Source of the DNA: an uncultured virus (IMG/VR IMGVR_UViG_3300025789_000002)
Taxonomy: Duplodnaviria; Heunggongvirae; Uroviricota; Caudoviricetes
DNA: 64,000 bases
Reading direction: 5' to 3' (one strand)
Virus record (IMG/VR): IMGVR_UViG_3300025789_000002
Positions 18,757 to 27,590 of this stretch are shown here, in pieces. Numbering within the stretch: the first letter of the stretch is position 1; each line of letters begins with the position of its first letter. The notes under the pieces are model-generated. The model saw nothing but the letters and a program-made list of their open reading frames with translations, was not told the DNA's origin and made no database searches. The translations under genes and the position numbers were made by a program.

Positions 18757-21299
18757 TATTCTTTACCTTTTGGGGTTTGATTACGTTTTTGTGCTTCCAT
18801 TTGCGCTATTGCTTGCTCGTGTGTGAGCCTTGCTTGATGGGTTTGTGCTGCAATTTGATCCTTAGCTTTAGCTACATCTACACCAATTCTTAGGCCATCT
18901 GTTGCCTGTCTTGCTGCTAAATTAGCCTTATCGTTCTGGACTTTTGCTCCAATATTCATACCAGCAATCTTTTCTTGAGACTGGATACGGGCACGTTCAA
19001 GTTCAATCTGGTCAGCTTTAGCAGAGGCATCAGCAATCATCTTCTTCTGCTTAGTTTCAGCATCAAGCTTCTTAATAGCGAGTTCTTGTTGTTGCATTTG
19101 GACAATCGGATCTTGCGCTGCTTGCTGAGCTTGTTGTGCTGCAATTGCTGTCTTATTCTGGTTAAGAATAACTTGAGATGCTTGGGCAGCAAGTTGAGAG
19201 ATATGAACTTCCATAGCTGGAGGCATACCTTGGTCTTCTGGGGCATCATCTGGATGGAACGGCAACTCAACACCCATCTGGGCTTCCATTTGTTTACGAT
19301 ACTCATAGGCAATATGCTCATTGATATGCGCAGTCATAGCAGCCATAAGGGTTTGTGCTTGTGGGTTTTGGCCAATAAGCTGAGCAATCTTAGGGTCTTG
19401 CATTGCAGACTTATGTACCATGATGTGTGCCTGATGGTCTTGATATAAAAACGCACGGACAGGTTTGCTCATCAAAATGTTCTGGTTCTCAGTGATCGGA
19501 TCTTCTGGCTTATGGTCATCAGGTAACTGAACTAACTTAGCTGCATTCTTAACGCCAAGAACTTCTAACATCTGACGGTGTAGATACGGGAGGTTATATA
19601 ACTGTGGTGCTTGTTGTGCTAACTGCATTACTGCTTGGTACTGCACAACCTTTTGTGACATGGTCGCTGCATTAGGGTCGCTAACTGGAATAACTTCTAC
19701 TAAATCATAGTCAGACCGTTTAGCTTTGCGCTCACCTTCCTCTGGCTCATACTCATACTCATCAGGGGTGTAGTCACGAATAATGTCGCGCAGAAGACAG
19801 AGCTCCTTCTTCAATGCATAGTGGATGCGGGCTTGTACTGCGGACATAACTTTCAGCGTACGTTCTAGAATTGCTAGAGTTGTACCAACGGGAGCCTGGG
19901 CGGACATATCACTAACTTGTAAGTCAGCTGCGCCTGCAAAACCACGACCTTCTGTAATAATCTTATCTAATAACCCTGCTAATACTTGACTTGGCTCTTT
20001 GTATGGCAACGGCATGATGTTGTCACGCATTGTGCCACTAGGAACATCTACGTCCCTGAACTCGCCGGGGGCGATGGGGGTGTCATCACCTTTGACTCGC
20101 AAGCCACGGGTCTTAAAGCCACCTGGCAAGTTTGCAAGTGATCCGGCGTCGACAAGCTGACGTAAGATAGAAGTACCACTCTTAGCAAATGCCCCAATAA
20201 GATGAATAAGGCCAAAACAATAGAAGCCAAAACCAGGTATATACCCGTAGTGGACGAAGTGCGATCTTGCTTTCTTGAGTTCATCTTCTGGTCTCCAATT
20301 TCTGCGGATAGCTAAAACCGTCTGGGTAGCTTTCTCTATTGTCACAATGTATGGAAGTGCTATACCAGTCGGCTCGCCTTCGTCATCTAAGTCCTCATAC
20401 CCTTCAAGGTCGAGGTTAACCATCATCTCTAATATCTTATAGCGGCTATCTACAGAGGCACGAAAGCCCATCTTCTCTGCAATTTTCTTCTCTACTTCAT
20501 CAAAGCTATCTACTGGCTCTGGTAAATCAATATCTAACCAAAAACCTGCGTGTTGCAATATGCGAACTTCATTCTCTGTCTTGCGCATTACATGCGTTAC
20601 CCGTGGAGCTGTTTCAAGGCTCGAAGCGCCGTACGGCACAACTAAGTCTTCCGCTGGGACAAACATACTAACTTGGCGGTTCAATGATGGGTCAAAGTAA
20701 ACCTTTTTAAACGCATTACCTGAAAGACCTAAGCCCCACAACATTCGCTCTGTTTCTGGGCGGTACTCTTCCATTACATCAGTTAACTGATAGTTCATGT
20801 CATCTTGGACACGAGTTGCTGCATCTTTTTTCTCTTGTGTTTCTTTACCAATGATCTGGGTTTTTACAGGGCCCGATGCAGGGAATATGCTGGTAATTGT
20901 TTCTGCTTGGAACTTAACTAGGGTCTCGGAAAGCAATGGATGATATACACCACAAGCTCCAGGCCACGGCTCCATACGCTCTTCAATGTTCATACCTAAC
21001 AACTGTAGACCATCTACATACGTCTGAATCCAGTCTTTACGAGAGGATATATCTTCCTCAAATTCGCCAAGTAAATCACCAGCTAACATCTGCAACTGGC
21101 CTTCTGTAAGATACTCAGCTAAGTTATCATCAAAGCCTTCTTCGTCTTCACCATCTTTTTCCATGTGCAATAGAGACTGCCCGCCAATACCAATGTCTAC
21201 AGACTCTGGGTCTTCAATCGAAATCTCAAGGGGCTCTTCTTCCTCCGCTGCTTGGTTGATTCCTAGTGGTGCTGCGTATAAACCTTTTTCCATTGCCAT
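18756..21299 (-). CDS. Portal protein (P22-like, long C-terminal coiled coil)
   Basis: 847 aa after TerL; G.AFKKVY.D, GFGFY.FGL motifs; Q/A-rich tail. Confidence 0.85.
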   Translation of the reverse strand: MAMEKGLYAAPLGINQAAEEEEPLEISIEDPESVDIGIGGQSLLHMEKDGEDEEGFDDNLAEYLTEGQLQMLAGDLLGEFEEDISSRKDWIQTYVDGLQLLGMNIEERMEPWPGACGVYHPLLSETLVKFQAETITSIFPASGPVKTQIIGKETQEKKDAATRVQDDMNYQLTDVMEEYRPETERMLWGLGLSGNAFKKVYFDPSLNRQVSMFVPAEDLVVPYGASSLETAPRVTHVMRKTENEVRILQHAGFWLDIDLPEPVDSFDEVEKKIAEKMGFRASVDSRYKILEMMVNLDLEGYEDLDDEGEPTGIALPYIVTIEKATQTVLAIRRNWRPEDELKKARSHFVHYGYIPGFGFYCFGLIHLIGAFAKSGTSILRQLVDAGSLANLPGGFKTRGLRVKGDDTPIAPGEFRDVDVPSGTMRDNIMPLPYKEPSQVLAGLLDKIITEGRGFAGAADLQVSDMSAQAPVGTTLAILERTLKVMSAVQARIHYALKKELCLLRDIIRDYTPDEYEYEPEEGERKAKRSDYDLVEVIPVSDPNAATMSQKVVQYQAVMQLAQQAPQLYNLPYLHRQMLEVLGVKNAAKLVQLPDDHKPEDPITENQNILMSKPVRAFLYQDHQAHIMVHKSAMQDPKIAQLIGQNPQAQTLMAAMTAHINEHIAYEYRKQMEAQMGVELPFHPDDAPEDQGMPPAMEVHISQLAAQASQVILNQNKTAIAAQQAQQAAQDPIVQMQQQELAIKKLDAETKQKKMIADASAKADQIELERARIQSQEKIAGMNIGAKVQNDKANLAARQATDGLRIGVDVAKAKDQIAAQTHQARLTHEQAIAQMEAQKRNQTPKGKE

Positions 21300-21301
21300 A
21301 A

Positions 21302-21565
21302 TTATTTCCTAAGTGTTGCTCTGTTTGTCTTTGGGTCGTACTTAAATTCTGACGGAGTTCGCCCAGATCCTTTTGATGCTCTATCTATTGCACGTTCTTT
21401 AGCGGTCATGTTGTCACGTTTCTGACCCGCTTTTGTTAATGTCTTTCCATCTGCTTCTAACTGCCCACGTTTTTTAAGGATACCAATGGCTATTTCTTCG
21501 CTACCTACCTGAGCTGCAAGTCTTTTAACTAGCTGGTGCCTACCCATGTATTTCTGCGTTGTCAT
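21302..21565 (-). CDS. Hypothetical basic protein
   Basis: Lies between TerL and portal with coupled start. Confidence 0.6.
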   Translation of the reverse strand: MTTQKYMGRHQLVKRLAAQVGSEEIAIGILKKRGQLEADGKTLTKAGQKRDNMTAKERAIDRASKGSGRTPSEFKYDPKTNRATLRK

Positions 21566-23115
21566 ACGTTGTAATAACCCATATTTCTTCTTGACCTGAA
21601 CTGCAGTGGCTCATCTTCCTCATCGGAATCTAAGCGAACGAAGCCCCCTCTACGAAAGCGCAACAATGCCTGGGTCATCGAATCCACTAAGTCATCGTGC
21701 TCCCCAGACGGAAAACTTGCCACATCTTCCACTAATTCTTCTGCCCAATGTGTAGCGGGCACCCAAACTCTTCCCGAAGCGAACATATCTGCTACAGCAT
21801 TCAATCTGGCTATTTTATCATTGCCTTTACTAGGAGTGTACTCTTGAACTGGAATACCCATCGCCCGCAATTCAAATACTAGAGGCGCACCGGAAGCTTT
21901 TGCCTCGACGATTAACGCATCTGGTTCCCATTCTTTATAGTGTTCTAGTGCTGTTTGCTTTAGTTCTGGGAACTCCATACGCTGCTTGAACGAGTTTAGA
22001 AGGATGATACTAGCTACAGGAACCACGTTTTGGCCCCGTCTTTCATCGTTATAAAATACTCCCCAAGTAGTACAAGCACTGTAGTCTGAGCGTTGAGTCT
22101 TTAGAAAAGCTGTGTCCCAGCTCTGTATGATAAATTCGCATGGCGGCGGGGTGTCGTGTTCCCATATCTTCCACCACTCTCGTTTGACAATAGCAGACAC
22201 ATCTGAGGTAGGCGACTGCATATACTGCGCCATCCACTTACCATTAGGCAATTCATTACGCAGTGCTAAAAGTTCTTCTAGTTTCCAAAACTCAGGCCAT
22301 AGTGGTTTATCGTCCGGTAGGATAGCCGGGAACTCAATTACTTCCCATTGTTCGCCACTACGTGCAGAGGCAGCCTTTACTACTTGCCCAGTCAGATCTT
22401 TCTTAGACCAACGGGTCATCACTATAATAATAGCGCCGCCTGGTTGTAGACGTTGGCGAGGCCCAGAGGTATACCACTCGTAAGTTTTATCGTAAACCTC
22501 GGGGTTTGACTCTGCTAGTGTTGCTTCTTGTTCTGAATGTGGGTCATCAATAATGAGGATATCCGCGCCCTTACCCGTAACTGCTCCTCCCACACCGATA
22601 GCAAAATAGTCTCCACCTTGGTTAGTCGCCCACCGGCCAGCAGCTTTAGAATCAGACTGGAGCCCCACGCCCGGGAATATGGACTTATATACGTCTGAAT
22701 CAACCAAGTTACGCACTTTTCTACCAAACCCGACCGCCAACTCTGCTGTATGTGCTGTCTCGATAATCTTCTTTTTTGGAAACTTACCAAGAAACCAAGC
22801 GGGTAATAGATAAGAAGCGAACTCAGATTTAGTATGACGAGGCGGCATATTGATAATAAGCCTTTTAATTTCTCCATTTGCAACTCTTTCAAAAGCTCGT
22901 GCCATCTCTTGATGATGTGCACCGTCAATAAACCCAGGCCATACCTTATGAGCGAAATCCATAAAGTTTTCCTGGCAGTTTTCTACTTCCTTAGACTCTA
23001 CTGTCTCAGATAATTGTGCATAAAGGGCCCTTAGTTGGCCTTCGTTTAGCTTACTAAGGTTGTTTTCCAGAGCTTTTAGCTCCGAGTTACTCAGTTTCTT
23101 GGGTGCTGTCGTCAT
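21562..23115 (-). CDS. terL: Terminase large subunit
   Basis: NMPPRHTKS Walker A, LIIDDP Walker B, MTRW coupling motif, SWDTA and HDD.VD nuclease motifs. Confidence 0.95.
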   Translation of the reverse strand: MTTAPKKLSNSELKALENNLSKLNEGQLRALYAQLSETVESKEVENCQENFMDFAHKVWPGFIDGAHHQEMARAFERVANGEIKRLIINMPPRHTKSEFASYLLPAWFLGKFPKKKIIETAHTAELAVGFGRKVRNLVDSDVYKSIFPGVGLQSDSKAAGRWATNQGGDYFAIGVGGAVTGKGADILIIDDPHSEQEATLAESNPEVYDKTYEWYTSGPRQRLQPGGAIIIVMTRWSKKDLTGQVVKAASARSGEQWEVIEFPAILPDDKPLWPEFWKLEELLALRNELPNGKWMAQYMQSPTSDVSAIVKREWWKIWEHDTPPPCEFIIQSWDTAFLKTQRSDYSACTTWGVFYNDERRGQNVVPVASIILLNSFKQRMEFPELKQTALEHYKEWEPDALIVEAKASGAPLVFELRAMGIPVQEYTPSKGNDKIARLNAVADMFASGRVWVPATHWAEELVEDVASFPSGEHDDLVDSMTQALLRFRRGGFVRLDSDEEDEPLQFRSRRNMGYYNV

Positions 23116-23680
23116 CTAATGCATTTGTTAGGCGTTCTGAGGTAGGAGTTACATCAATTGTGTTCATTTGCATAAGCAAACGTATCTTTTCCCTGATTCC
23201 TTCTTGCAATTCAAGGCTATTTTTGTGTGTAATGGTGATTTCTTGGTGTTCTGTGAACAAATCTGAGGCTTTTCCGAGCAATTCGACCGCTTTAATAGCT
23301 ATTTTTAAGTCTTCTTCTTGGCTCATTTCGAGCAAGCGGTTCACAGCAATATTACGAAGCTGTACTTTATCTGCAATTACTTGTTTATCGTAGTGAGATA
23401 TATACCCTGCTAACGCATAAGCAACCCCAGGGGTTGACGCAGCAGCAACTTCTTTTTTCTGTTTGGGTTTTGATGGGTCTTCACCGTCAATTTGTTTGAA
23501 TAACTCCATTGCTTCAGCACGTTCTTCCTCAGTTACCTCTATTGTGGCACCAAGTTCTTTAAGAATAAGAGCAGTATTAGCTTTAACGCGTAGATTGTCT
23601 GAATGTGACTGAGCCACCTCGTCTCTAGCGTAGTGTTCTGGTTGTGGAACGTCTTTGGTCGGTTCTACATTTACCGGCAT
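23087..23680 (-). CDS. terS: Probable terminase small subunit
   Basis: Helical; KAVELLGK...LFTE motif; immediately upstream of TerL. Confidence 0.6.
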   Translation of the reverse strand: MPVNVEPTKDVPQPEHYARDEVAQSHSDNLRVKANTALILKELGATIEVTEEERAEAMELFKQIDGEDPSKPKQKKEVAAASTPGVAYALAGYISHYDKQVIADKVQLRNIAVNRLLEMSQEEDLKIAIKAVELLGKASDLFTEHQEITITHKNSLELQEGIREKIRLLMQMNTIDVTPTSERLTNALDDDSTQETE

Positions 23681-23697
23681 GTTTGGTTGCTGGTTAG

Positions 23698-24057
23698 TTA
23701 TGATGAGCTAATAATACCAGCTTTTTCTTCGTAATGGTGTATTCGGTGGCAGTTAGCGCATAGGACTATGCATTTTTTAATTTCTTCGTATGCTTTTGTG
23801 AACTGCTTATTAGAGACTAGTCGATTAACGTTGTACTCTTTAGTGCTTGGGTCTTCGTGGTGAAAGTCTAGTGCAGCTATATGGTCAAACCCACACTTAG
23901 TGCATTTAAGGCCTCGCTTAAACTCTGACCATGTTTCTTTTTGTTGTGCTTTGCTTGCTTTATTTTTTTGTATTATTTCTTCTTGGTTTTTTAAGTAGTG
24001 CTTACGGCTGTATTCCTTGTGTTTCTTTTTTCTTGTACTCTCGTCTTTGTACGGCAT
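23698..24057 (-). CDS. HNH endonuclease
   Basis: CTKCG...LDFHH...KC.VLCANCHRIHH. Confidence 0.85.
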   Translation of the reverse strand: MPYKDESTRKKKHKEYSRKHYLKNQEEIIQKNKASKAQQKETWSEFKRGLKCTKCGFDHIAALDFHHEDPSTKEYNVNRLVSNKQFTKAYEEIKKCIVLCANCHRIHHYEEKAGIISSS

Positions 24058-24490
24058 CAGGATCTAGCTTTCTTTTCCAATAGCATGCGTTACGGAAGGA
24101 CCACGGTTTCCCCGGAGTATACATCTTAAACCCGGCGTTGATTAAAGAATTTGCACTAGCTGGATTATTTGTCGTGTCTGTAATGCACCACGCCCAGCCT
24201 AACTTCTTAGCTTGCGCAAGGCGAACTTTAATCATACGCAGCTGCAGTCCATGACCTGTAAAGCCATCCATTACACCTGCCCTACATAAGTAACCTGTAT
24301 CTGTCCATTTGATCGAGCGTACCAGACCCGCAAAACCTATGGGCTTCCCACATTCTGCATAAGCTATCCACCAATGCCCACGATCCGGAGTGTACGGTTG
24401 GTCTTCCGGCAAAATCTTTCTCTGAAGAAATAGCAACAGATTCTGAATTGCTGGGTTTCTTATATCGACTTTTCTTACTGTGAACTTCAT
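24002..24490 (-). CDS. GNAT-family acetyltransferase
   Basis: YLCRAGV...GHGLQ.R...N.ASANSL..AGF. Confidence 0.75.
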   Translation of the reverse strand: MKFTVRKVDIRNPAIQNLLLFLQRKILPEDQPYTPDRGHWWIAYAECGKPIGFAGLVRSIKWTDTGYLCRAGVMDGFTGHGLQLRMIKVRLAQAKKLGWAWCITDTTNNPASANSLINAGFKMYTPGKPWSFRNACYWKRKLDPDAVQRREYKKKETQGIQP

Positions 24491-24633
24491 GCATCGTCCC
24501 CCCTCTCGTGAAACTAAATTATATAGGTGGGGGTGTGGGAGGTAAACGACTTATGGGGGGTACTTCTAGAGAATGGGCTAGTCTATATAGCCTGGTAACA
24601 AAGCATGGGGGTGGGGGCCTTAGCCCCCTGATA

Positions 24634-24750
24634 TTACTTAGTGAACTGCTTGAGGCTGGAGATTACTGCATTTACCCAGAACTCGTTAAGTTGTTGAACT
24701 TGCTTAGCTAAATCTTGAAACTTCTTTTCTGCGTCTTTGAAATCGAACAT
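24634..24750 (-). CDS. 38-aa amphipathic peptide (below the ORF-track cutoff)
   Basis: MFDFKDAEKKFQDLAKQVQQLNEFWVNAVISSLKQFTK; AGGAG RBS, own promoter, GC hairpin at 24613-24628. Confidence 0.75.
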   Translation of the reverse strand: MFDFKDAEKKFQDLAKQVQQLNEFWVNAVISSLKQFTK

Positions 24751-24781
24751 TGTGTTCTCCTAATAGGGGTTAATTTTGTGT

Positions 24782-24812
24782 AGTATATTACACAATTTGC
24801 TGCGCTGCAACA
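24782..24812 (-). promoter_or_regulatory. Sigma70 promoter with overlapping PhaR/PhbF-like box
   Basis: TTGCAG-17bp-TATACT; TGTTGCAGCGCAGCA covers the -35. Confidence 0.65.
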
Positions 24813-24832
24813 TTGTTACTAGGCAGTTTTTG

Positions 24833-25150
24833 ATATGTATAGTATTTGCAGCTTTGTAGACATGTTCTGGCGATATGTACATTTTTGTCGACATTTTATA
24901 CACATTGTGCGGCCTATTAGCAGTTTGGTTGACTTATAAATAAGGCTTTAAGTGGGTTACGGACTCATTAATGAGTCATTTCTTTTTCTTATAAAATACC
25001 CCGTTCGGGAATATTTTCCTACATTTGCCTACTTTTTCATCAATTCTTCCCGTTCGGGAAACTTTTTTATACCTATAGGTTGGAATTGCTTTGTTGTTTT
25101 GATACCTATAGGTATCAATTTTATGCCTGTCGATGTCACATGTTTGCACG
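24833..25150. repeat. Cluster of paired short palindromes (operator-like)
   Basis: GACTTATAAATAAGGC/GACTCATTAATGAGTC; CCCGTTCGGGAA x2; ACCTATAGGT x2; TGTAGACA/TGTCGACA. Confidence 0.7.
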
Positions 25151-25215
25151 GGTTTTCTTTTTAAAATCATATAGTTACAGCGTTATTTTTTAGAGGTGGT
25201 TTTCAAATTTTTTAT

Positions 25216-25233
25216 ATACCCCCCGGGGGGTAT
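25216..25233. repeat. Perfect palindrome ATAC6G6TAT
   Basis: ATACCCCCCGGGGGGTAT. Confidence 0.8.
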
Positions 25234-25423
25234 GCACTATAAAGAGGCATGGGGGTACTTATTGCCGATTTTATTTTTGATATATCTACTGTGCAAAACA
25301 CTGTGTATGTATTGCAGTAGGTACCATCTAAGCGAATCGGGTTGGTGGGGGTATGGTGGGGTTGGCTGGCTGGCATGACATTCTGAGCTGGGGCTAAGAT
25401 AGTCTAAATTAGTTTTGGTTTTC

Positions 25424-25465
25424 TTGATCTAGGTCAAGAGTTTATCTCGCATACTCGGTTATATT
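25424..25465 (+). promoter_or_regulatory. Class II FNR/CRP-family-type promoter
   Basis: TTGATCTAGGTCAA (25424-25437) with TATATT at 25460-25465, which puts the site centre at about -41.5. Confidence 0.6.
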
Positions 25466-25507
25466 CAAAGCGTACCAAGTCGGTACATAACTTAGAAAGG
25501 ATTTACC

Positions 25508-26116
25508 ATGTCATACATTACTACAGAATTAACTAAAGCGGGCTTTATCTCTATTGGCTCAGCATGTGCTGACATTGATGGACAACGGGATGAAGCCTTG
25601 CTATCGTTTTATCATGCTGTGCTGGTTGATGGCGATATCAGCTATGACGCTTGGACTGAGGGCTCTACTTGCTGGAAGGTTGGGTATGCTCAGGCTAAGC
25701 GTTGTGCTCCTGAGGATAATAAGGTATCAGTAGCGTGGCACAGTTTTACTAGCGATCTCAAGACTCAATACGATATCGTTAAGCCAGTTAAGCCATCCAA
25801 AGCAGGTCAAGTCAAGGCTGAGCAAAGAGGCAAAGCGGCTGTGGAAATGGAAATGCTCAAGGCTAAGCCAATCGAAGAGTTGGTTGAAGAGGTTGCAATG
25901 CTTACCCAAAACCCTAGTCTTGAGAATATCAAAAAAGCCACAAAAGTACAGAAGGCTGTAGAGGCTAAGCGAAAAGAAGCCATGAAGGATCGCATGGACG
26001 GTATCAGCGAATTACAGAAGGTAGTTATTAGTTTAACCAAAGAATGCCTAGATGAGATGACGCTAGAGCATTGTAGAGCTATCCTCAATGGCGAGGTTGA
26101 TATCTCCATAATGTAG
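25508..26116 (+). CDS. Early hypothetical protein, paralogue of 26971..27570
   Basis: GAAAGGA RBS; IEELVEEVAMLTQNPSLENIKKA aligns with IDELKHEAKNLLSNPTLKNIEQA. Confidence 0.8.
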   Translation: MSYITTELTKAGFISIGSACADIDGQRDEALLSFYHAVLVDGDISYDAWTEGSTCWKVGYAQAKRCAPEDNKVSVAWHSFTSDLKTQYDIVKPVKPSKAGQVKAEQRGKAAVEMEMLKAKPIEELVEEVAMLTQNPSLENIKKATKVQKAVEAKRKEAMKDRMDGISELQKVVISLTKECLDEMTLEHCRAILNGEVDISIM

Positions 26117-26120
26117 TAAG

Positions 26121-26179
26121 AGCTGGGGGCAACCCCAGCTTGTTTTATCCAGCCCAGCTTAGGCTGGGTTTTTTATTTT
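26121..26179 (+). terminator. Tandem hairpins/intrinsic terminator
   Basis: AGCTGGGG-GCAA-CCCCAGCT, then CCCAGC..GCTGGG plus T run. Confidence 0.75.
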
Positions 26180-26258
26180 ATTAGGGAACTGGTTGTAAGC
26201 GACGCATTAGCCATGTTCGCCATGCGAACGCAGTCGGCATCACACGCAAAGCGAACTC

Positions 26259-26289
26259 GGACATTATTAGGTGTTGGCTAAGTTTGTCC
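26259..26289 (-). repeat. 30-bp palindromic element, inverted copy (7-nt spacer)
   Basis: Reverse complement GGACA-AA-CTTAG-CCAACAC-CTAAT-AA-TGTCC. Confidence 0.8.
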
Positions 26290-26295
26290 TCGCAA

Positions 26296-26632
26296 TGCAA
26301 TGTTCCGTTTTATTCGCTTTGTTCTAAGCAATGTTCCTGCTAAGTTATTGATTTATAAGTAATGTTCGCAATGTTCTAATGTTACACTCGAAAATCTACT
26401 TCCAGTTTTCCAAAAATTTCGTTCGCTTGATCCGTCTCGCATAGTGCAAGAAATAGATTTTTTAAGCTCGATATATAAATAAAATAACATTATAACATTA
26501 TAACAATATACTAATAAATGACCTTCTAACCTAATAAGTATAAGGGTTTTGTAATGTTCCAACGAAGCGAACAAATCGGAACAATTAGTCGGTTTTTCGA
26601 ACATTCCTAGTTTGGTATTTCTTAGCGAACAA
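26296..26632. other. Putative replication origin
   Basis: Convergent AATGTTC / GAACA / TAACATTA iterons around an AT-rich core. Confidence 0.55.
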
Positions 26633-26770
26633 AGCATCACCACGCATACCCGCTAAATATCGTGATCTAAACAGAGAATATTCCATACCATAAAACCTCG
26701 CCCAATACGCTAGAGTTCCTTTTACTCCATCAATAGTAATGTAAACAAAATCTGCTTTTTTCTTTTTCAT
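26585..26770 (-). CDS. Small DNA-binding protein
   Basis: ITIDG..GTL..WA..YG...SL...RY..G resembles the HTH tail of HNH homing endonucleases; AAGGAG RBS. Confidence 0.55.
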   Translation of the reverse strand: MKKKKADFVYITIDGVKGTLAYWARFYGMEYSLFRSRYLAGMRGDALFAKKYQTRNVRKTD

Positions 26771-26830
26771 GTGTAAATCTCCTTAAAACCCTATTATAGA
26801 ACAATACCTAAAACATTGTAGGACAAACAC

Positions 26831-26859
26831 TTGACATTGTAATGATTCTCTGTTATACT
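26831..26859 (+). promoter_or_regulatory. Strong sigma70 early promoter
   Basis: TTGACA-17bp-(TG)TATACT. Confidence 0.85.
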
Positions 26860-26901
26860 ACAAGGGTAGTAAAGATTAAAAGGCAGTAAGCAGTAAAAAG
26901 C

Positions 26902-26931
26902 GGACAAACTTAGGTAGTGCTAAGAATGTCC
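26902..26931 (+). repeat. 30-bp palindromic element
   Basis: GGACA-AA-CTTAG-GTAGTG-CTAAG-AA-TGTCC. Confidence 0.9.
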
Positions 26932-26970
26932 AGTAAACCAAACCAAACTTAAGAGGATTTAAAACACACT

Positions 26971-27570
26971 ATGAAAACTACCATTAAAACCCAAGAAATG
27001 CTCTATGCATTTGACGAGCAACAAACTGCATCAATCAAGGCATCTGCCGTAAACTTCTTTGAATCTGAAGAATCTGCCGAGCAAGCCGTTTTGACCTATC
27101 AACGCATCATCGGTTTAAACCCGACTTTTGATCAATACGAAATGGGTCGTTTGTTGTTTATCGAAGCAATCTCTGAAGCAAAGCCCGACATCACCGACAA
27201 TGCATTAAATGTGCGTTGGAATACCTTTAGCAAAAAATTAGGTATTGATAAGCCTAAAAAGACAGAATCGGCAGATGCAGTTCGCAAAGCGAACGAGAGA
27301 GCATTGGCAAAAGAGAAACAACAGGCAGAATTTGCGGGCATGACTATTGACGAGCTAAAGCACGAAGCCAAAAACTTGTTATCTAATCCTACTTTGAAGA
27401 ACATCGAGCAAGCCAAGAAATATACCAAGCAAGCCGAGATGCTCTATAAAGAAGCGAACAAGGAAGAAGCCGAGCAAAAGGCGCAGTTGGTTAAAGACCT
27501 GACCGCATGGGCAAAAGATCAGTCATACCTAGACTTATATACAATCTGCGAGAACATGGGCATAATCTAA
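26971..27570 (+). CDS. Early hypothetical protein, paralogue of 25508..26116
   Basis: GAGGA RBS; monocistronic with its own promoter and terminator. Confidence 0.8.
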   Translation: MKTTIKTQEMLYAFDEQQTASIKASAVNFFESEESAEQAVLTYQRIIGLNPTFDQYEMGRLLFIEAISEAKPDITDNALNVRWNTFSKKLGIDKPKKTESADAVRKANERALAKEKQQAEFAGMTIDELKHEAKNLLSNPTLKNIEQAKKYTKQAEMLYKEANKEEAEQKAQLVKDLTAWAKDQSYLDLYTICENMGII

Positions 27571-27590
27571 ACCAAACCCGCTTCACTCTG

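Noticed and set aside
24508..25378. ORF-track entries 24508-24711, 24952-25164, 24976-25170 and 25196-25378
   Set aside because: No convincing RBS; they overlie palindromes and G-tracts, or are antisense to the 38-aa gene. Translation of 24976-25170 cannot be fully excluded.
26902..26931. 30-bp element as a host dif (XerCD) site
   Set aside because: The geometry is similar, but the arms lack the XerD TTATGTTAAAT signature
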